Positions 38,501 through 49,110 of a stretch of DNA of 64,000 nt are shown piece after piece. The stretch is from Eledone cirrhosa (Eukaryota). Position 1 is the stretch's first letter. The number at the start of each line of letters is the position of its first letter. The translations under genes and the position numbers were made by a program. The notes under the pieces are model-generated. The model made no database searches, was not told where the DNA came from, and was given only the letters and a program-made list of their open reading frames with translations. Location: contig OZ024745.1 of the NCBI GenBank assembly GCA_964016885.1, positions 54,374,001 to 54,438,000 of the forward strand. Direction: 5' to 3'.

Positions 38501-41500
38501 GTTGGTGGTGGGTGTTGGTGGTGGTGTTGGTGTTGGTGGTGTTAGTGTTGATGTTTGTGTTCATGTTGATGTTGGTGCTGGTGTTGATATTGGTGTTGGT
38601 GGTGGTGTTGATGGTGGTGTTGGTGGCGGTGTTAGTGTTGATGTTGATGTTGGTGTTGATATTGGTGTTGGCGGTGGTGTTGGTGGTGGTGTTGTTAGTG
38701 GTGTTGGTGTTTGTGGTGTTAGTGTTGATGTTAGTGTTGGTGTTGGTGTTGGCGGTGTTAGTGTTGATGTTAGTGTTGATGTTGGTGTTGGTGTTGATAT
38801 TGGTGTTGGTGGTGGTGGTGGTGTTAGTGGTGGTGTTGGTGTTGGTATTGATCTGGAGTTGATGGTGGTGTTGGTGGTGGTGTTAGTGTTGATGTTGATG
38901 TTGATATTGGAGGTGGTGTTAGTGGTGGTGTTAGTTAGATGTTGGTGTTGATATTGGTGTTGGTGGTGATGTTGGTGGTGGTGTTGGTGGTGGTGTTGGT
39001 GTTGGTGGTGTTAGTGTTGATGTTTGTGTTGATGTTAGTGTTGATGTTGGTGTTAGTGTTGATATTGGTGTTGGTGGTGGTGGTGTTGGTGGTGGTGTTG
39101 GTGGTGGTGTTGGTGTTGATATTGGTATTTGTATTGGTGTTGGTGTTGATATTCATATTGATGGCGGTGTTAGTGGTGGTGTTGGTGGTGGTGTTGGTGT
39201 TGGTATTGGTGGTGGTGTTGGTGGTGGTGTTGGTGTTGATATTGGTACTGGTGGTAGTGTTGGTGGTGGTGTTGGTGTGATATTGGTATTGGTGGTGGTG
39301 TTGGGGGTGGCGTCGGTGGTGGTATTAGTTTTGATATTGGTATTGGAGGTGGTGTTGGTGGTGGTGTTGTTGTTGATATTGGTATTGTTGGTGGTGTTGG
39401 TGGTGGTGTTGGTGTTGATATTGGTATTGGTGGTGGTGTTGGTGGTGGTGTTGGTTTTGATATTGGTATTGGTGGTGGTGTTGGTGGTGGTGTTGGTGTT
39501 GATATTGGTATTGGTGGTGGTGATGATGGTGGTGTTGGTGTTGATATTGGTATTGGTGGTGGTGTTGGTGGTGGTGTTGGTGTTGATATTGGTATTGGTG
39601 GTGGTGATGGTGGTGGTGTTGGTGTTGATATTGGTATTGGTGGTGGTGATGATGGTGGTGTTGGTGTTGATATTGGTATTGGTGGTGGTGTTGTTGGTGG
39701 TGTTGGTGTTGATATTGGTATTGGTGGTGGTGATGGTGGTGGTGTTGGTGTTGATATTGGTATTGGTGGTGGTGTTCGTGGTGGTGTTGGTGTTGATATT
39801 GTTATTGGTGGTGGTGGTGGTGTTGGTGTTGATATTGATGTTGATATTGTTGTTGTTGGTGGTGGTGGTGTTAGTTTTAATGTTTATACTAGTGGTAGTG
39901 TTGGTGGTGGTGTTGGTGGTGATGTTAGTGTTGATGAAGTTAGTGTCGATATTAATTGGCATTGATGTTAGTGTTGGTGTTACTGATAATATTGTTGTTG
40001 GTGGTGTTGGTGTTATTGTTGGAGTTATTGTTGTTGTTAGTGTTGGTGTTATTAATAATATTGTTGTTGGTGGTGTTGGCGTTGTTGTTGGTGTTATTGT
40101 TGATGTTAGTCTTGGTGTTATCGATAATGTTGTTGTTGGTGGTGTTGGTGTTGTTGTTGGAGTTATTATTGTTGTTAGTGTTGGTGTTATTGATAATATT
40201 GTTGTTGGTGGTGTTGGTGTTGTTGTTGGAGTTATTGTTGATGTTAGTGTTGGTGTTATTGATAATATTGTTGTTGGTGGTGTTGGTGTTGTTGTTGGAG
40301 TTATTGTTGATGTTAGTCTTGGTGTTATTGATAATGTTGTTGTTGGTGGTGTTGGTGTTGTTGTTAGAGTTATTGTTGTTGTTATTGTTGGTGTTATTGA
40401 TAATATTGTTGTTGGTGGTGTTGGTGTTGTTGTTGGTGTTATTGTTGTTGTTAGTGTTGGTGTTATTAATAATATTGTTGTTGGTGGTGTTGGTGTTGTT
40501 GTTGGAGTTATTGTTTTTGTTAGTGTTGGTGTTATTGATAATATTGTTGTTGGTGGTGTTGGTGTTGTTGTTGGTGTTATTGTTGATGTTAGTGTTGGTG
40601 TTATTGATAATGTTGTTGTTGGTGGTGTTGGTGTTGTTGGAGTTATTGTTGATGCTAGCGTTGGTGTTATTGATAATATTGTTGTTGGTGGTGTTGGTGT
40701 TGTTATTGGAGTTATCGTTATTGTTAGTGTTGGTGTTATTGATAATATTGTTGTTGGTGGTGTTGGTGTTGTTGTTGGTGTTATTGTTGATGTTAGTGTT
40801 GGTGTTATTGATAATATTGTTGTTGGTGGTGTTGGTGTTGTTGTTGGTGTTATTGTTGTTGTTAGTGTTGGTGTTATTGATAATATTGTTGTTGGTGGTG
40901 TTGGTGTTGTTGTTGGAGTTATTGTTGTTGTTAGTGTTGGTGTTATTGATAATATTGTTGATGGTGGTATTGTTGTTGGTGTTATTGTTGTTGTTAGTGT
41001 TGGTGTTATTGATAATACTGTTGTTGGTGGTGTTGGTGTTGTTGTTGGTGTTATTTTTGTTGTTAGTGTTGGTGTTATTGATAATATTGTTGTTGGTGGT
41101 GTTGTTGTTGGTGTTATTGTTGTTGTTAGTATTGGTGTTATTGATAATACTGTTGTTGGTGGTGTTGGTGTTGTTGCTGGTGTTATTGTTGATGTTAGTG
41201 TTGGTGTTATTGATAATATTGTTGTTGGTGGTGTTGTTGTTGGTGTTATTGTTGTTGTTAGTATTGGTGTTATTGATAATACTGTTGTTGGTGGTGTTGG
41301 TGTTGTTGTTGGTGTTATTGTTGTTGTTAGTGTTGGTGTTATTGATAATATTGTTGTTGGTGGTGTTGTTGTTGGTTTTATTGTTGTTGTTAGTGTTGGT
41401 GTTATTGATAATGTTGTTGTTGGTGGTGTTGTTGTTGGTGTTATTGTTGTTGTTAGTATTGGTGTTATTGATAATATTGTTGTTGGTGGTGTTGGTGTCG

Positions 41501-42750
41501 TTGTTGGTGTTATTGTTGATGTTAGTGTTGGTGTTATTGATAATAATGTTGGTGGTGTTGGTGTTGTTGTTGGTGTTATTTTTGATGTTAGTGTTGGTGT
41601 TATTGATAATATTGTTGTTGGTGGTGTTGGTGTTGTTGTTGGTGTTATTGTTGTTGTTATTGTTGTTGTTATTGATAATATTGTTGTTGGTGGTGTTGGT
41701 GGTGTTGTTGGAGTTATTGTTGATGTTAGTGTTGGTATTATTGATAATATTGTTGTTGGTGGTGTTGTTGTTGTTGTTGGAGTTATAGTTGATATTAGTG
41801 TTGGTGTTATTGAGAATATTGTTGTTGGTCGTGTTGGTGTTGTTGTTGGAGTTATTGTTGTTGTTAGTGTTGGTGTTATTGATAATATTGTTGTTGGTGG
41901 TGTTGGTGTTGTTGTTGGAGTTATTGTTGTTGTTAGTGTTGGTGTTACTGATAATATTGTTGTTGGTGGTATTGGTGTTGTTGTTGGAGTTATTGTTGAT
42001 GTTAGTGTTGGTGTTACTGATAATATTGTTGTTGGTGGTGTTGGTGTTCTTGTTGGTGTTATTGTTGATGTTAGTGTTGGTGTTATTGATAATATTGTTG
42101 TTGGTGGTGTTGGTGTTGTTGTTGGAGTTATTGTTGATGTTAGTGTTGGTGTTACTGATAATATTGTTGTTGGTGGTGTTGGTGTTGTTGATGGTGTTGT
42201 TGTTGGTGTTATTGTTGTTGTTAGTGTTGGTGTTACTGATTATATTGTTGTTGGTGGTGTTGGTGTTGTTGTTGGTGTTATTGTTGATGTTAGTCTTGGT
42301 GTTACTGATAATATTGTTGTTGGTGGTGTTGGTGTTGTTGTTGGAGTTATTGTTGATGTTAGTGTTGGTGTTACTGATAATATTGTTGTTGGTAGTGTTG
42401 GTGTCGTTGTTGGAGTTATTGTTGATGTTAGTTTTGGTGTTACTGATTATATTGTTGTTGGTGGTGTTGGTGTTGTTGTTGGTGTTATTGTTGATGTTAG
42501 GCTTGGTGTTACTGATAATATTGTTGTTGGTGGTGTTGGTGTTGTTGTTGGTGTTGGTGTTGTTGTTAGTTTTGGTGTTATTGATAATATTGTTGTTGGT
42601 AGTGTTGGTGTCGTTGTTGGAGTTATTGTTGATGTTAGTGTTGGTGTTACTGATTATATTGTTGTTGGCGGTGTTGGGGTTGTTGTTGGTGTTATTGTTG
42701 ATGTTAGTCTTGGTGTTATTGATAATATTGTTGTTGGCGGTGTTGGTGCT
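26560..42750. repeat. Higher-order subfamily C (periods 3969, 3702 and 5040 bp)
   Basis: Junction gatgaagttagtgtcgatattaattggc near 27222, 31401, 35103 and 39933. Private variants gatgctagcgtt, gagaatatt, ggtcgtgtt and 60-bp shortened monomers. Confidence 0.88.
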
Positions 42751-42769
42751 GTTATTGTGTGTTTTGTTG

Positions 42770-43130
42770 TTTTGGTCTGGTGCTGGTATTGTGTGTTGTG
42801 TGTTGTTGATGGTTTTGGTATTGTGTGTTGTGTGTTGGTCATGGTGTTGGTATTGTGTGTTGTGTGTTGTTGTTGGTATTGTGTGTTGTGTGTTGGTGCT
42901 GGTGCTGGTATTGTGTGTTGTGTGCTGTTGATGGTGTTGGTATTGCGTGTTGTGTGTTGGTCATGGTGTTGGTATTGTGTGTTCTGTGTTGTTGTTAGTA
43001 TTGTGTGTTGTGTGTTGGTGCTGGTGCTGGTACTGTGTGTTGTGTGTTGTTGATGGTGTTGGTATTGTGTGTTGTGTGTTGTTGATGGTTTTGGTATTGT
43101 GTGTTGTGTGTTGGTGCTGGTGCTGGTGTT
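42770..43130. repeat. 32-bp minisatellite (ggtattgtgtgttgtgtgttgttgatggtgtt-like), ~11 copies
   Basis: Unit starts at 42785, 42817, 42849, 42875, 42907, 42939, 42971, 42997, 43029, 43061 and 43093 (spacing 32, with two 26-bp units). Confidence 0.92.
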
Positions 43131-43139
43131 GGTGTTGAT

Positions 43140-43460
43140 GCTTATGTGTGTAGGTGTTGGTTTTGGTGTTGGTGTTGTTAAAGTTGTTGTTGCTGTTATT
43201 GTTGGTGGTGTTGGTGTTGGGACTAATGAAGATGTTTTTCGTATCCAGGTTGATGTTGATTGTGGTCTTGGTGTTGAGGTTGTTGTTGGTGTTTATGCTA
43301 GTGTTAATGTTTGTGCTGTTGCTAGTGTTGGTGTTGGTATTGTCGTTAGTGTTGTTGTTTTTGTTAGTGTTGATATTGATGTTGGTATTGGTGATGGGGT
43401 TGATGATAATAGCGATGTTGATGTTGAGGTTGATGCTGATGTTGATGCTGATTATGTCGA
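43140..43460. repeat. Degenerate (GTT/GAT/GGT)n cryptic triplet tract at the array boundary
   Basis: Same NNT triplet vocabulary as the array but with no longer periodicity. Confidence 0.8.
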
Positions 43461-43939
43461 TATTTTGTATTGTGTTTGATAAAAAAAAACCCATTTGTGT
43501 AAGCACTGGTGTTAATGTTAATATGTGTGACTGTGCTTGTCTATATCGATGCATCTCTCTGTGTGTATGAGTTCGTGCATGTGTGCATGTGTGCGTATGT
43601 GTGTATGTGTAAATGTGGATGAGGGACAGATAAATACTCCTAATATGAGATGAAGAAGCTGACACAGAACCTACTGATTAGATATTTATGTTTCCCATTT
43701 CTCTGGAGATTCCTCAATTCTCTTCCTTCTATTCTACCTTTCGACACACACCAACACACGCACACACAGACACAGAGTCATACACAATATCAATGCCTCT
43801 TATATCTCACATGATTTTTATCTCATAAATTTTCTTCTCGTCATTCCTTTCCTTTGTATAAATGTTTCTGTTATTTTACCTGTCCGTTTGTCTGAATGTC
43901 TGTCATTCGCTTTGTCAATGTCATATATTCAAACATAAA

Positions 43940-44100
43940 TATACATATACATACATACATACACGCATACACACGCCTATGTGTATGTATGTATGTATGT
44001 ATGTATGTATGTATGTATGTATGTATGTATGTATGTATGTATGTATGTATGTATGTATATATGTATGTATTTATATATATATATGTACGTAGTATGTATG
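43940..44100. repeat. (CATA)n / (TATG)n / (TA)n compound microsatellite
   Basis: Directly visible. Confidence 0.95.
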
Positions 44101-44228
44101 TACTTATGCGCATGTGTATTTGTGCGAGCGATTTGATAAAGTTATTTGCTTGAGGTTCAAAGCGAATTGTCACTGGTAGTCTTTTGGCTAAGACGTCTGA
44201 AAAATAATGGTGAAAATGGAAATATGCG

Positions 44229-44229
<1 letters not shown>

Positions 44230-44306
<77 letters not shown>
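44230..44306. repeat. (TA)n microsatellite
   Basis: Directly visible. Confidence 0.95.
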
Positions 44307-44308
<2 letters not shown>

Positions 44309-44490
44309 TAGAAGGGGTATTTATTTTATTGGAAATCCGACAAATATAAATATAAATGTTTATAATTGATTTAGAGCACTCAACATTTTCCTGGAGTAAA
44401 TATTCAATGATATTAAATAAATGAAAACTATATTTAAAAAACCATATTTATTTTATTATATATATTTCAAGGGTATATATATAAAAGACT

Positions 44491-44532
44491 TAAAGTAATT
44501 TACCATATATATATATATGGTAAATTACTTTA
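44491..44532. repeat. Perfect 42-bp palindrome centred on (AT)7
   Basis: taaagtaatttacc-(at)7-ggtaaattacttta; the arms are exact reverse complements. Confidence 0.95.
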
Positions 44533-44927
44533 CACACACACACACATATTTGTCTTGAAAGACTTATTTTTCAGTGACTTCTCAATCAGCCTAGACAAAC
44601 CTACATTTGGCGCAAAATCAATTTTTAACATTCACATGATCTCTACCGACCAATCAAAATTGTTTTGACCACAAGAATTTTTCATACATCTGGAGCCACT
44701 TTTTTTTTTTACATAAAACAGGTAGAATTTCCAAAACTAATCAGATTAGAGCAAACATCACGGGTGCTCTATCTCAAAATTATTTTTGAAAAGCATTAGA
44801 AATGCGCAACCGGTAAAGCTTAAAACCAAAACGGAATACTAACCAATACTATTACTAATTTTTACTTATTCCTAATTAAACTATTTTTCACTGGGGAGCA
44901 ATTTGTCAGCATTTTCTTTTCCTTTTA

Positions 44928-45038
<111 letters not shown>

Positions 45039-45201
45039 GTAATCTGAGTTTTTCGAATATTAATAATAATATTCGATTCGTTTACAATTATGCAAACAGC
45101 CTCTTTTAGAAGTCATGTCAGTATCGAAAAACTCAGGAAGCGGTAAAAACCAGTTAGATCATTACTCACCACTAGAGCACTCGATACTTGGGGTAGTAGA
45201 A

Positions 45202-45268
45202 TTTCAACAGCTAGATCCGATCTAGCTGTTGAAACGGCAGAAGCTCAGCCGTCAGAGTCCCGAATGTT

Positions 45269-45270
<2 letters not shown>
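45202..45270 (-). repeat. Short hairpin-bearing dispersed repeat with a 33-bp palindrome; second copy at 55896-55950 (+)
   Basis: tttcaacagctagatc-c-gatctagctgttgaaa at 45202-45234. The reverse complement of 45219-45263 (tcgggactctgacggctgagcttctgccgtttcaacagctagatc) aligns without gaps to tcaggacaccgacggctgagctccagccgtatcgacagctagatc at 55901-55945. Confidence 0.8.
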
Positions 45271-45541
<271 letters not shown>

Positions 45542-46146
45542 TCAGGTCACCAGTTTGTGCTACTGGTAACATGTATCCCAGTACAACCTGTCTCATGGTC
45601 GGGTCGTTGGCGACTAAACTGGCAACCCCACCAAGGTTTCTTGGTGAGGAGGGTCACTATGGACATCCTGCAGGACTAAAAACAAAACCTGTCAAAGGGC
45701 AAAGGAGCTCTTAAGAGTCAATGGCCATCCAAAATCACCGGGAGAGATGACCCCTTAGACTTTGTAAAGGCAGAATTCTATGAGAAGGAAAACTCTGATA
45801 TAACACCTGCAACCCTGATGGTATCCAATGATGTTGATTTGTTCTTCTTTTTGGTAAATATCATATTGGTAAAGAGAGTGGGACTGGCTTTGTGCAGTGC
45901 CTTTGCTCACTATAAAAGCTTCACGGCACAGGCATTGCTTTATATCTGGAGATCTCTCTGCACTTGTCGTCACATGGAACCATGGGCCCTGCACTATGTG
46001 TCAATAATTGTCACAAGTGTAGTGTTTGTACCAGAGCTTTTAAGTCGCTGGCTGGACTAAAAAGTCACACTCGTTCAGCGCATCGGTAGGGGTTCTCCTA
46101 CATGGATATAAAGTAGTGGTCGTACTCGAACACGAGTTGGCAGCCT

Positions 46147-46148
<2 letters not shown>
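45542..46148 (+). mobile_element. Probable RTE-clade non-LTR retrotransposon remnant (internally deleted or non-autonomous) with a terminal C2H2 finger
   Basis: 46009-46089 reads CHKCSVCTRAFKSLAGLKSHTRSAHR* (C-x2-C-x3-F-x5-L-x2-H-x4-H). It is followed by a ~60-nt 3' tail with a small stem (actcg aaca cgagt) and then (TA)n, the layout typical of RTE 3' ends. The left boundary is uncertain. Confidence 0.6.
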
Positions 46149-46207
<59 letters not shown>

Positions 46208-46237
46208 ACGCACACACACAGACACACACACACACAC
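46149..46237. repeat. (TA)n(CA)n microsatellite
   Basis: Directly visible. Confidence 0.95.
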
Positions 46238-46674
46238 ACTATACATATTTAGACATACGATTGTTACAACTCAAGTGAAATAAAAAACACTAACCACAAG
46301 AGATACGTATGAACAAGGCGAAAATAACAGCAAAGAAGCGTTTCAATTTAGACTGAAAGATAGCAGTGTTCTTCAGTACATACGAGGAAGCTCTTCGGCA
46401 CCAATTGCATTTTTTCTCATCATACATATATAGCATTTAAATATATATGTATATATATATATATATATTTAAATGCTATATACATATGATGAGAAAAAAT
46501 GCAATTGGTGCCGAAGAGCTTCCTCGTATGTACTGAAGAACACTGGTATGTTTCAGTCTAAATTGAAACGCTTCTTTGCTGTTATTTTCGCCTTGTTGTT
46601 CATACGTATCTCTTGTGGTTAGTGTTTTTTATTTCACTTGAGTTGTAATAATCGTATGTCTAAATATGTATAGT
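46238..46674. repeat. 437-bp near-perfect inverted repeat (~200-bp arms) centred on (TA)n
   Basis: Left arm actatacatatttagacatacga...gcatttaaat is the reverse complement of right arm atttaaatgc...tcgtatgtctaaatatgtatagt, with about five substitutions and one 3-nt indel. Confidence 0.97.
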
Positions 46675-46797
46675 TACTATTGGCATACATGGTATGTTGC
46701 CTGTAGAGAAAAGTGATGTCTCTCTAATATGTCTAAAATTATATTTTGGTACACATTTGTTAATAAACTACGTTAATATATGTAGGCGTAAGACACA

Positions 46798-46880
46798 CTC
46801 TCTCTCACTCTCTGTCTCACTCACTCATTCACTCACTCATTCACTCACTCACTCACTCACTCACTCACTCACTCACTCAT
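46798..46880. repeat. (CT)n/(CACT)n microsatellite
   Basis: Directly visible. Confidence 0.9.
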
Positions 46881-47974
46881 TACAATTCACACATGCACAC
46901 ACAGATTCAAAAACCGTATGTATCTACCCATATGCCGTGTGAGTACATACACAAACATCCACATATATATTTATTACTATTTATTCGTATTTCATATATA
47001 TATATATATATACATTTTACTATCCACCCATACGCACACACACATACACACACATACACACACATATATATATATCCCACGAAGCGCATACATATTCTTG
47101 AAACTTACGATTGTAATGAGGGAATTGTGTTGGCAATTTACCCAAATTAGCATATATACCCACTAAGCAAGGTTAAATACAATAAAAGTTGTTATGTGTT
47201 ATGATTAGGTAATAAGCAGTATAGTGCAGTCTAGGTTAATCAGTTCAGGAAAGGTCTACCAAGAAGAGACGGAAAGAGCAACGCGAAGTAAAATTAATGT
47301 ACACAGAGAACCCCGGCTAAACGTGTTCATGATGTCTAGGATAAAAAGGAAAGAAAAAGGGGGCATAGAGTACAAGAGATCATTGTAGGCTGATATAACT
47401 AGTATATTTTAGTTAGTCGTATGATTGTATGCCAAGTTTACATAGAAGAATCATATGTTACTATATACGCAAATTATAAGTGAATGTTTGTTGGTTTTTA
47501 AATTATTACTGCAAGTGTGTAGTTAAGTGGTTTGTTGAAACTTGGAAAGAACTTATAAGAGCACTGTTAAATTTTCTGGTGAAGCAGTGTAGTTAAGAGC
47601 AGAAACAGAGAAGAAGCACTTTTGGCTGTCTGTATATATATATTTGTCTCTGTTTATCTCAGTTCTGTTCCTTATTCCTAGTTCACCCCTAATCTTTCAT
47701 TCTGCTATTACTTCATATTTTCATTCCCCCATTCTTTCCCGTTTGCATTCCTTTATTCCGTCTTCATTTATACCTTCAATCCACCATTTCCTCATTCATT
47801 CACAGATTCATGCACTTACACTTTTGTTCCGTCAGTTATTCACATATGTATTCATTCTCATATTCTCACATTCACACATTTACTCATTGGCTCATTAATA
47901 AATTCATTTATTCATGCATTTATTCGTTCGTTTGTACTATTTCTTCATATTTTCTTCCATCAGGAATCACCCCC

Positions 47975-48090
47975 AACTATCACCACCACCACTACCGTAG
48001 TCCTCACCACTACAAACACCACCATTACCTCCAACCCCCACACCTTATCACCATCATCATCATCACTATCATCATTACCGTCATCACCAA
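47975..48090. repeat. Degenerate (CAC/CAT)n triplet tract
   Basis: Directly visible. Confidence 0.8.
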
Positions 48091-48246
48091 GATGGTCATC
48101 TGAATGCTGTCAGTCTAATTATACACAGTTCTATATATAATATCGACCAATCTAACCATCTGTTATTGTGGTTCTCTATTCTGGTTTTGATAAATTCCTG
48201 GCTAAAATTATCATTAGAGGCTCTAAATACCACATGATATCCGTAC

Positions 48247-48263
48247 ATCTCTCGCTCTCTCTC

Positions 48264-48327
<64 letters not shown>

Positions 48328-48618
48328 GCTCTCTCTCTCTCGCTCTCTCTTTCGCTTTCTCGCTCTCTCTCGCTCTCTCTCTCACACACACTCATACATA
48401 TTTATACACACTCATACACGCAATCAGAAACACATTCACATACATTCACAAACACAAGTACACATTCACACTGACATATACACATTAACACACGCACTTA
48501 CCCATGTATTCAGACACTCACAAGTACGCACACAAAGACGTACACATGAAAACACAACCGTACACATAAATGCACAAGAATCAACACAATCATACACACA
48601 AACACACAGACACACACA

Positions 48619-48667
<49 letters not shown>

Positions 48668-49110
48668 ACACACACGTACACTTATACGCACTCTAACATA
48701 CACAAAATGAAGTTATATACTCACATGAGGAACTGACATATAAACCGCTCCCATATATAAAATACACATATAAATATACACATATAAATAAATCCACACC
48801 CACACACATACATAAATATATGCACAGGGAAATAAACAGATGCATGCACTCAGAACCACACACATATATACAGACGCACACATGAGACACAAATAATCAC
48901 CTGCACACACTCATGCACGTACACACACAAACGCACAGTAAAACACATACAAACAGACACACACAGGCATATATAAGTACAATGACATACATACACACAT
49001 ACAGCCAAACATAGGTGAGGTGTACGTACACAGACACAAATATGTACAAGCTCACACGTACACAGATGACTAAATACAAACGCAAGCACATACACACACA
49101 CACACACACG
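48247..49110. repeat. (CT)n microsatellite followed by a long degenerate (CA)-rich low-complexity tract
   Basis: (CT)n at 48247-48383, perfect (CA)n at ~48610-48675, with degenerate CA/TA sequence around it. Confidence 0.9.

Larger units (their letters stand above)
1..42750. repeat. Complex G/T-rich satellite array (69-bp monomer blocks alternating with GGT-rich blocks, in kb-scale higher-order units); continues beyond the left edge
   Basis: Monomer consensus gtt gtt ggt ggt gtt ggt gtt gtt gtt gg(a/t) gtt att gtt gat gtt agt gtt ggt gtt att gat aat att (69 bp; gataatatt at 58, 127, 196). Nine GGT-rich blocks at about 5990-7635, 11560-13065, 16380-17800, 20130-21920, 22825-24570, 25335-27250, 29295-31430, 32995-35132 and 38045-39962, each carrying the marker attcatattg. 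Confidence 0.97.

Noticed and set aside
1-42750. CRISPR array or telomeric repeat
   Set aside because: No unique spacers or cas genes and the context is eukaryotic; no TTAGGG or other fixed short telomeric unit.
1-42750. Whole array as an assembly artefact
   Set aside because: Units carry consistent subfamily-specific and private variants and an edge divergence gradient. Exact copy number still needs read support.
2-42931. Huge plus-strand Leu/Val ORFs (e.g. 2-4552, 7631-10123) resembling membrane proteins
   Set aside because: The codon middle base is the invariant T, so stops are nearly impossible and all residues are hydrophobic by construction. Starts are TTG/GTG and there are no loops or domains.
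12571-43053. Plus-strand Val/Gly ORFs (VVGGVGVVVGVIVDVSVGVIDNI) resembling elastomeric structural proteins
   Set aside because: NNT codons cannot be stops. There is no ATG with a signal peptide, and each ORF ends by frameshifting into CWCW-stop. Not excluded absolutely, but unsupported.
45228-45262. Hammerhead ribozyme (CTGA and GAAA around a stem)
   Set aside because: CTGA and GAAA lie on opposite strands, so the CUGANGA...GAAA core cannot be formed.
46009-46089. Host C2H2 zinc-finger gene
   Set aside because: A single finger with no TGEKP linker or tandem fingers, an upstream in-frame stop, and a retroelement-like 3' context.
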